Positions 47,908-55,597 of a DNA stretch of 64,000 nt are shown in pieces. Source of the DNA: Pelagomonas calceolata (Eukaryota); the NCBI GenBank assembly GCA_918797485.1, contig CAKKNE010000002.1:3348001-3412000 (forward strand), read 5' to 3'. A program made the position numbers and the translations under genes. A model generated the notes under the pieces. That model saw only the letters and a program-made list of their open reading frames with translations. It ran no database searches and was not told the origin of the DNA. The stretch's first letter is position 1, and every line of letters begins with the position of its first letter.

Positions 47908-49287
47908 CTACCCGTCCTCGTTGAACACCGTCGAGAAGTCCACGTCGGCGGGCTCCGGCGGCGCGGGCGCGGGCGGCGCGAAGTCGCCGAAGCGCGCGGG
48001 CGGCGGCGGGTCGAGCAGCGGTTCGAGCCGCGGCTCCGGCGCCGGCCCCGGCGCGGGCTGCGGTCTCAATAAATTCGCGCGGAACGCGCCCGCGCGCGCG
48101 ACGGCCGCCGTCTCCACGGACCCCGCCGTCGATAATAATGCAGGCCGCCGCGCGAGGGGCCGCGCGTCGAGCCAGGGCGCCGGCGGCAGCACGTCCGGGG
48201 CATAAGGCGCCGGCGCGCCCGCCGCCGCGGCACCATCCAAGTCGCGCGCGAGCGTATTCTCTATAGACGCGAGCCGGTCCGGGTCCACGATGGGCTGGGC
48301 GTCGTCCCGGTCGACGACTTCAAAGCGCGTCTCGGCCGTGACGGCGTCGTCGTCCTGGACCATGGCCACGCGCGCGCCAACAACAGAAAGTTTGAGGTTC
48401 TCGAAGCTCGCGGCGATGTCCTTGAGCAGGCCCGGTCTATCGGGGGCCGCCACTCTCAAAGTCGTGCACGGCTCGAGCTCCTCGGTCACGCAATCATAGA
48501 CCGCCTGCTGGAGCGCGTCCGTATCTTCCAATGCTCGGTTGGTGGCGACCGCGACCAACTCGAACTCGTCGCGACACACGCCATTCCCAAAAGACTCGGC
48601 CCGACATTTCACTACGTTTAAACCGCGCCGGTTGAAGACGTCGCTGATGTCGCCCAACAAACCCGGCCGATCTAAAGCCACAACCCTACAAAGGTTCGTG
48701 CCGCGGCCCGACGCCTTGAGGGTGACGGAGGGTTCGAGCGGCGCCTGATTTGCAGACCCCAGGTCCAGCCAGCTTCTATCTCTTTTATCGAGGTCTTCGT
48801 CGACCCACGACGAGCCCTGGAGGCTTTCGAGCCACGGGTCGTCGGGCGCGAGCCCCCGCGGTTTTTTTACGGAGGGCCCGAGGGGCCCGTGCACGAAGCC
48901 CGCATCTAGCGATCGCAGGAACGCCGCGCGCGCGCTCTCCAAAGCAACGCGCTCGCGCGCCGACAGCTCGCCCCGCTTCTTGAAGCACTGCTTGCCGTGC
49001 GCGCGCGTCGACGAGAGCTTTTTGGTGATGCGCATCGGCGCGCAGCCCAACAACTCGGCGAGGGTGGCTCTCAATGACTCGCCGCCACTTAACCCCGGCA
49101 GCCGCCCGTTCGCGAAGTGCTCTATCACCACCGCGGCGTAGTCGCACTCGGGGGCCGTCCACTTGCCCCTTCTTGTGGTATTTTGGGCGGGGGGCGCGGC
49201 GATGGGGTCCCAGGTGGCCGAGAGCTGGCCGAGCTGGGCGTCCAGCGAGCTCAGGCTCTCGCCCTCGTCCGGGGGGGTGGTTTCCAT
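47908..49287 (-). CDS. Myb-like (RRGKWT...PMRITKK) domain + two ACT domains
   Basis: RRGKWTAPECDY...F..G.L...LR..L..LL.C.PMRITKK; ACT repeats VVALDRPGLLGDISDVF...LNV and VAAPDRPGLLKDIAASF...LSV. Confidence 0.78.
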   Translation of the reverse strand: METTPPDEGESLSSLDAQLGQLSATWDPIAAPPAQNTTRRGKWTAPECDYAAVVIEHFANGRLPGLSGGESLRATLAELLGCAPMRITKKLSSTRAHGKQCFKKRGELSARERVALESARAAFLRSLDAGFVHGPLGPSVKKPRGLAPDDPWLESLQGSSWVDEDLDKRDRSWLDLGSANQAPLEPSVTLKASGRGTNLCRVVALDRPGLLGDISDVFNRRGLNVVKCRAESFGNGVCRDEFELVAVATNRALEDTDALQQAVYDCVTEELEPCTTLRVAAPDRPGLLKDIAASFENLKLSVVGARVAMVQDDDAVTAETRFEVVDRDDAQPIVDPDRLASIENTLARDLDGAAAAGAPAPYAPDVLPPAPWLDARPLARRPALLSTAGSVETAAVARAGAFRANLLRPQPAPGPAPEPRLEPLLDPPPPARFGDFAPPAPAPPEPADVDFSTVFNEDG

Positions 49288-49534
49288 GCCGCGCCGGTGC
49301 TGAAAACCCTCGCAGGATAAGACTGTGATTGACGGCTGGGCAGGGCCGATTGCAGCTCGGTGTCGCTAGCGTCCTGTAAGACACTAGCACAGCCCTAGTT
49401 GCAAAACATCAATAAGCTAGACACACTTTCGACATCACCACTGCTGCTGCGTCGTTGCAGCAGCAGCAGTAAAATGTATCTTTTCGCACTATTCGTCGCC
49501 ACCGTGAACGCCCTCAAAACCTATTACTACTAAA

Positions 49535-51580
49535 ATGGGCTCCGCTGTCTCTGTCAGCCCTAAGGTGCCGGCTGCCGACGACGCCGCCCTCGCGGCCCTG
49601 ACAAAGACGGAACTGCAGCGGGTCATGGCGGCGCGCGGCGTCGGCCGGCCCGACGTACCCTTAATACACGAGCGGGTCTTCCGCGTGGCTCCCCTGGCTC
49701 GCAGCGTCTGGTCCTACCTCGGGCACGACAACATGCCGAAGGAGCGAGACAAGTACGTCCGGGTGACGACGATGCCCGGCGCGCCGACGTCGGACTACCC
49801 TCTCCTGGAATGCTGCTCGGACGGCCTCTCCGACCTGTCGTCTCTATTTGCTGCGGTGTCGGGCTCGAGCACGTGTTCCACGCCGCGGTTCGCGAGTGCC
49901 CCGTTGCACGGTGGTTCGCATGGAAACGGAACCCCGCTGAGCCGAGCCACCGGCAACGGCATCTCCTACCCCTGGCGTGTACGCCCCGAGCCGGAGTTCC
50001 CGGACGGCATCGGTGGGCGCAAGGCGGAAACGGCCTGGCGGGAGGCCACCCCCGGTGATCGCCCTTTCTGGACGGTAGTTTCGTACTCGGGCTACTCGCC
50101 CGATTCTTGGCGCACAGCCTACGGCCCTCTGCATCTTTACTCGCCGACGACGGACCTGCCCATCTTCGACGGCGAGGGCAACTACGGCGGCAAGCCGAAC
50201 GTCCTCGGCACGCTCTCGGGCGGGCCGAAGACGTCCCAGCTCCAGACCGCAACGTCTACTGTCCGGGCCTGCGAGGCCCACGTCCTCGATGCCGAAAATG
50301 TCGGCGTGCGTTCGCTGGCGGACGTGCCGCAGTGCGTGCAAGCCATCGTCGAGAAGCTGCCGCCGGCCTCCGTCGGGCGCAAGCTCATGGTGCACGCCCT
50401 CTCCTTGGAGCCCGGCACGGCGGACAACATGGCCGTCTGCGTGTGCCTGATGGGCCACGAGGTGGCGAAGCTGCGCGCCATCGTCAAGTTCGGCTCCGTC
50501 AAGGTCGCCACGGCCTGCGCGTGGCTCGAGCGCAAGTGCGGCGTGGCCGAGAACCACGTCGGGGACTGCTACCACCCCACCAAGGCCATGGGTCTCTACT
50601 TGATGCGCCGCGAGCTGCTGCAGCGCAACACGTTCTTCTACGACGAGGCGTGCCAGGAGCCGGTTGTATTTAAAACCGGTTTCACGGGCAACCTCGTCCA
50701 GGTGGGTCAGACGATCTACCGCGAGGCGGCCAATGCCAACGGGCCCGCGCTCGCCTACGAGGCAGTGACGCTCATTAGGAACGAAAGATCGGCCAAGTAC
50801 GCGACGCTCATCGCCATCAACCCGCCGGAGGGCGTCGACGGGCCGGGGCTCGTCGGGAGGTCGAGCAAGGTCGAGGCGCCGATGGTCGGCGCCTTCGGCG
50901 AGGACATCGACCACGTCTCGGGGTGGCACCACTCGACCATCTTGGACCAGATCAAGAAACGCCGCTGGTTCAAGCGCGAGGCCGACGAGGCCGTCGTCAT
51001 GGTCCCCTACCGCCACTCCGTCGGCGGCGACGGCGGCAACATTCTCTGTTTCGCGACGAACGGCGAGAAGGTCGTCTCGTTGGCGACGCACCTCACGGAG
51101 GACCTGCTCCGGGTCGGCGGCGAGTACCCGTCGTACCTCATGGACCCCAAGTTCTTCGAGAAGGTCGTCATCGGGCGCTCGTGGGCCAACACGAACCCCC
51201 CGGAGGAGCGCAAGGACCGTCTCCACAATACGGTCCTGACGCGCCGCGAGGTCTCGAACCACGAGAAGATGCTCGCGGTCGCGCTCGTGGCGTCGGGCGC
51301 CATATCGCAGGCGGACCTCGACACGTCCGACTGGCTGCAGCTCAAGGAGGACTCGCCCATCAGCGCGGCGTCCTTCCACGGCGTCGCCTACTGCACGTTG
51401 CATGGTCTCGTTAGGACGTCGGAGATCGGCACGGACGTCGGCGGCGTCGGCCGCGCGGGCAAAGACGTCGCGTGGCACGCCGAGCTGCGCGCGGCCTCGG
51501 CGCGGCTGTCGGCCGCGAAGGCGTTGGTGCAGCTGTCCGGGACCGAGTCGGCCCCGAAGGCTTTCTACGCCGACGTGTGA
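49535..51580 (+). CDS. Hypothetical protein (681 aa)
   Basis: Long ATG ORF with strong GC3 bias and globular-like composition; no family recognised. Confidence 0.65.
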   Translation: MGSAVSVSPKVPAADDAALAALTKTELQRVMAARGVGRPDVPLIHERVFRVAPLARSVWSYLGHDNMPKERDKYVRVTTMPGAPTSDYPLLECCSDGLSDLSSLFAAVSGSSTCSTPRFASAPLHGGSHGNGTPLSRATGNGISYPWRVRPEPEFPDGIGGRKAETAWREATPGDRPFWTVVSYSGYSPDSWRTAYGPLHLYSPTTDLPIFDGEGNYGGKPNVLGTLSGGPKTSQLQTATSTVRACEAHVLDAENVGVRSLADVPQCVQAIVEKLPPASVGRKLMVHALSLEPGTADNMAVCVCLMGHEVAKLRAIVKFGSVKVATACAWLERKCGVAENHVGDCYHPTKAMGLYLMRRELLQRNTFFYDEACQEPVVFKTGFTGNLVQVGQTIYREAANANGPALAYEAVTLIRNERSAKYATLIAINPPEGVDGPGLVGRSSKVEAPMVGAFGEDIDHVSGWHHSTILDQIKKRRWFKREADEAVVMVPYRHSVGGDGGNILCFATNGEKVVSLATHLTEDLLRVGGEYPSYLMDPKFFEKVVIGRSWANTNPPEERKDRLHNTVLTRREVSNHEKMLAVALVASGAISQADLDTSDWLQLKEDSPISAASFHGVAYCTLHGLVRTSEIGTDVGGVGRAGKDVAWHAELRAASARLSAAKALVQLSGTESAPKAFYADV

Positions 51581-51846
51581 CCGCGCACGCATCTCTATCG
51601 GCACGAAGGCCGCTTCTTCCCTCTCCCCCACGCTTCTTCAACAACTGACACCATCTCTGCCCTCCCCTAATTGGTTAAGGCACATGTGTACTTATTTTGG
51701 CCTCTTGGCTGCGTCCTAGTGCGTCTCTGAAGCTAGGTAAGCGCGATCAGGCGAAGCATAGGCGCACACCGCTAATTGGCAGCACATCTTCGGCTTTTGC
51801 GATCGCCAGGCACCGCAGCCGCCGCCGCAAGGCCAAAAGCAAAGCC

Positions 51847-52617
51847 ATGCTCCGCTCGCTCTTCGGCCGCGCGGCCGAGGACGACGCCGACGCCGAGCAC
51901 TTCGACCACTGGCAGACGACGGACCTCTGCTGGAGCGCCGGGGCCGAGCGGCGCGCGCTCGCCCGGTGGCGGCTCTGGGGCCGGCGCATGGGCGGCGAGC
52001 GCAAGCAGGTGCGCAAGTCGCCGCGCCGGCTGCCGGCCGCCTACCTGCCCGAGATGGGCGCGACGCGCCGGGCCGGGGGCGAGGCGCCGCCGCCGCCGCC
52101 GTCGCGGCGCGCCGTCGTCCTCGAGGACCTGCGGAGCAAGGGCCACGTCGTGGCGAACGGCGGGCGCTACGGCGGCGACTACGTCTGCTACGAGGGCCAC
52201 CCGGACAGCTGCCACTCGTCCGAGACGGTGCGCGTCGTCGGCGAGCACGAGCGGCTCGAGGCGGCCGACGTGGCGGCCTACTGCCGCGTGCAGGGCAACG
52301 TGTCCAAGCGCGCGGTCTTCGCGGCCGTCGACCCGGCGTCGCACGACGTGCTCTACGTGGGCTGGGCCTTCGACGCGCAGCTCTCGCGCGACCCCCTGAA
52401 GCGGCTCGAGCGGCGCTTCGCGCGAAAAATCCAGGACGATTCTAAATTAAGCGTCGAGGCCGCGGCCGGCGACGGCCTCGGCCCGGAGGACTGCGCGCGC
52501 CTGACCGTGGCGCAGCTCCGCGAGGCGCTCGAGGCGCGGGGGCTCGACGCGACGGGCCTCAAGGCCGCGCTCCAGGTGCGGCTCTACGACGCGCTGACGG
52601 CGATGGAGACGTCCTAA
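51847..52617 (+). CDS. tRNA-splicing endonuclease catalytic subunit (SEN34-like) with C-terminal SAP domain
   Basis: DLRSKGHVVANGGRYGGDYVCYEGHPDSCHS...RVQGNVSK (Tyr/His/Lys triad); LTVAQLREALEARGLDATGLKAALQVRL (SAP). Confidence 0.8.
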   Translation: MLRSLFGRAAEDDADAEHFDHWQTTDLCWSAGAERRALARWRLWGRRMGGERKQVRKSPRRLPAAYLPEMGATRRAGGEAPPPPPSRRAVVLEDLRSKGHVVANGGRYGGDYVCYEGHPDSCHSSETVRVVGEHERLEAADVAAYCRVQGNVSKRAVFAAVDPASHDVLYVGWAFDAQLSRDPLKRLERRFARKIQDDSKLSVEAAAGDGLGPEDCARLTVAQLREALEARGLDATGLKAALQVRLYDALTAMETS

Positions 52618-52706
52618 GTACACCTAGCGTCTCGTTACACGGCGCCTCGGCCCCTTGTGGGCCGGTCAATGTTCGCCGCGCACAGCTCGATCAGCCTCGA
52701 TGGCCT

Positions 52707-53180
52707 CTAGTTGGCCGCGCACAGCTCGACGGCCTCGGCGTACTCGCGGCGGTCGACCAGCCGCTTCAAGCTCCGTCGCAGCTCCTCGTCGCCGCCCTCG
52801 AGCATGCCGGCCAGGTAGGCGTTCGCGACGCGCTCCTCGTGGCAGATCCCGCTCTTCGGTCCGTACTTGTGCTGGGCCTCGAAGTCCCGCGGCACGACGC
52901 ACACGCGCCGCGCGAGATCGAAGATCGCGGCCGCGTGCGGCGCCGGCTCCGTCTCGCCCTCGCGCTTGTAGCCGACGAGCTTGTGCGTGGCGACGGGCAC
53001 GAAGATGTCGTCGTCGTCCGAGGCGGAGCCGTCGTCGACGAAGTTCAGCGCGCGCCGCGGCGCCGCGTCGGCGCCGGCGTAGGCGAAGCCGCCGAATTTT
53101 TTGCCGCTCTTCTTCGACGAGTCGGTGACGCGCGCCGAGGCGGGCGTGGCGCGCTTCTTCGTGGGCGTGCGGCTGGCCAT
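52707..53180 (-). CDS. Hypothetical protein, weak resemblance to the DNA polymerase delta p12 (POLD4) motif
   Basis: ATG ORF; DFEAQHKYGPKSGICHEERVANAYLAG loosely resembles the F-x(3-4)-YGP-x2-G-x4-R motif. Confidence 0.55.
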   Translation of the reverse strand: MASRTPTKKRATPASARVTDSSKKSGKKFGGFAYAGADAAPRRALNFVDDGSASDDDDIFVPVATHKLVGYKREGETEPAPHAAAIFDLARRVCVVPRDFEAQHKYGPKSGICHEERVANAYLAGMLEGGDEELRRSLKRLVDRREYAEAVELCAAN

Positions 53181-53320
53181 TTTTTTTACGCGCGGGCGGG
53201 CGCGTCGTTGGTGGAGCGGTACTGCGCTGCGCGGTGGCAGTAGCGACGGAGAGCGGTAACAGGCTTGGAGAGCTGGCTAGAGTCTTACAACCGCTAGATA
53301 ATCACGCTAGCGGCCTGTAA

Positions 53321-54489
53321 GCTTGTCATACTAGCCCGCACTGCCTACTAGCTCCGGCGCCGGCACGCCGGGTGCCTGGCCACCCAGCGTGCCGGCGTGG
53401 GCGGTGCGGCTGCCTGGGTGCCCCGTAAGGGCCGCGCCGCCGTCCGTGCCCCAAGGGCTGATGGGGGCAGGCTTTTTTCCCCCGGGCGATGCGACGGCGG
53501 TGCCGTGCGGCACTGCCCCATAAGCACGCAACCTCCGTACGTCGCCGCACGACGTCGTTGCTCAGCGCTTTTGCGATATGACGTTCGCCCAGAACCCACG
53601 AACGACTGACAAACAGGGTTTTTAAAAGTGATGAGGTTTGATTGTAAACGCGGGCGTCAAACGAGGCGCGCTCGACAAGGCGTAGACGAATAGCGAAACG
53701 GGCTCCACGACCAAAACCTGTTGGCACGGTCCTCCGCGGGGTTCGTGGGAACTGCGCGGACCGCTTGGTTGCTCGGGGAAACCCTCTATCTGTCACTTTT
53801 TCCCCTAAAAATGTTAATTCCTATTATTACTAAACGGGTACTCTTGGGGACAGACTTCGGCGAGCCATTTGTTACCCTTAGCCTACGAAGGCACAAAACC
53901 CCGTCTATGGGCCATCGACGCGAACCAGAGGAGTGCCCTGAGGCCGTGGGAGCGGCCGAAGAGTCGGGGTTTCTGCTCCCGGCGCGGCACCGCGCGCTGC
54001 GACGTTTTAAGTGCAAAAGCACACTTTTCTATTACCATGGAGCCTAATTGACGAGTCGAGGCAGCCTGGTGGTAAGTGCCGAGGCCGCACTTCATCCGTA
54101 GGTACGCCAATTGCCGCCCATTCACCGTCGCGTACGACACCGTGTCGTCGGCGACGTACCGCAGACGGTCGGCATGAGGTGTTGGGGCCTCAACGAAGGT
54201 TGGCGCCTCGGGGCACATCCATGAGACGGCCTCGGAGCGCGGGCATGCGCCGCGGACGGCCCATCTCGCGAAACGGGAGAGTATCGCTTCTGAGAGCCTG
54301 TGGTTTCAGGGTGCTCATGCTCGTCAATGCGGCCGCGGACTGCAACGCGGCAGCCCGCGCCATGGTCGGGACCACGGACGGGCCCGCACCGCCAATCCGC
54401 GCTCCAATCGACCGAATAGAGGCCGAGTATGCCCCCTGAGAGCACCCCGGCGTCATGAGAGCCAGCTAGTGCGGGCTAGTATGACAAGC
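53321..54489. mobile_element. Non-autonomous TIR element (~1.17 kb) inserted into the intergenic motif
   Basis: Perfect 22-bp TIRs GCTTGTCATACTAGCCCGCACT (53321-53342) and AGTGCGGGCTAGTATGACAAGC (54468-54489). Flanking direct repeat TGTAA. No transposase motif recognised inside. Confidence 0.88.
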
Positions 54490-54685
54490 TGTAAGACACT
54501 AGCAAGCATCACGCTGCCGCTTTACTTAGAACTCAGTTAAGGGCACAGGTACGCGCTATTCTCACCGGAGAGGTTCAAGATCTGTCCTCGCTGCCGCTGA
54601 TATACAACCGGGGCGCTTGGCTGGAAGAGCACAGCTAGGCGACCGCAGAGCGCTAGCACACGCACAGCGAGCAGAGCGACCAACC

Positions 54686-55570
54686 ATGGTGAAGATGAAG
54701 AAGGGCGACCGGGGGCGCCAGGCGTGGCACGACACGGTGTCGCAGCTGGCGCGCGAGACGGGCGCGGCCGTGCCGGGCAACTCGCCGCAGAAGCGCCGCG
54801 AGACGCGGAAGCGCGTCGCGAAGCAGACCAAGGCCGCGAGCCGCTGGATCGACGACGCGGGCCTCGACGCCCGAGACCTGACGGCCTGGGCGCGCGTCGA
54901 CGCCATGCTCGACGCGCCGAAGACGTCGCACCTCATCGCGCTCGACGCGGACGACAGCGACGGCGGCGAGTACCGCGAGGACTCGCACTCCGACGTCGAC
55001 ATGGACGAGGACGAGCGGCGGGCCGCGCGGCGCGCCAAGAAGAAGGACGCGCCGAAGAAGAGCCGCGAGCGCAAGGCCCCCACGAAACGCAAGAAGAAGC
55101 GGAACCCCGAGGAGGAGCGGCGGCGCCAGCGGCACCGCCAGCGCGTCCTGAGCCAGGTGCTGCTCGACGACTTCGCGCCGAGCCGCGGCGCGCCGGCGCC
55201 GCGGGGCGCGGACTACGTCGGCGCGGCGGCGCGCGCGCCGCGGCCCGCGCGCGCGCCGCACCGCGTCTGCGTCGTGACGGGCAAGGCCGCGAAGTATCGC
55301 GACGCGGCGACGAACCAGTTCTTCGCCAACGCCGACGCCGGCGCGCTGTTGCGGGAGAACCCGCCGCCCTGGCTGCGCCTCGGCAAGCACGGCAGCGCGT
55401 ACCACGAGGCCATGCTCCAGATCCGGAGCGAGCGCGAGGACGCGGGGGAATCGGCGAAGGCGACGGCGGCCGCGCCGCGCCTTAACACCGACGGATCGCC
55501 GCTCGCGCCGGGCCAGAAACCGGGGGACCCGGATCCTCCCGGATACTTCAGGGGGCGGAAGTTCGACTAG
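54686..55570 (+). CDS. SWR1/INO80-type chromatin-remodelling subunit-like protein (YL1 C-terminal domain)
   Basis: DYVGAAARAP...HRVCVVTGKAAKYRDAATNQFFAN is YL1_C-like; acidic/basic nuclear-type N-terminus. Confidence 0.7.
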   Translation: MVKMKKGDRGRQAWHDTVSQLARETGAAVPGNSPQKRRETRKRVAKQTKAASRWIDDAGLDARDLTAWARVDAMLDAPKTSHLIALDADDSDGGEYREDSHSDVDMDEDERRAARRAKKKDAPKKSRERKAPTKRKKKRNPEEERRRQRHRQRVLSQVLLDDFAPSRGAPAPRGADYVGAAARAPRPARAPHRVCVVTGKAAKYRDAATNQFFANADAGALLRENPPPWLRLGKHGSAYHEAMLQIRSEREDAGESAKATAAAPRLNTDGSPLAPGQKPGDPDPPGYFRGRKFD

Positions 55571-55597
55571 GGAGTAAGATTAGGACGTACAAAGATA

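Noticed and set aside
49844..51631. 595-aa antisense ORF
   Set aside because: Mirror of the GC3-biased sense ORF 49535-51580.
53326..54456. Short ORFs inside the TIR element as a transposase
   Set aside because: All are under 160 aa, lack DDE or other recognisable motifs and lack the host codon bias.
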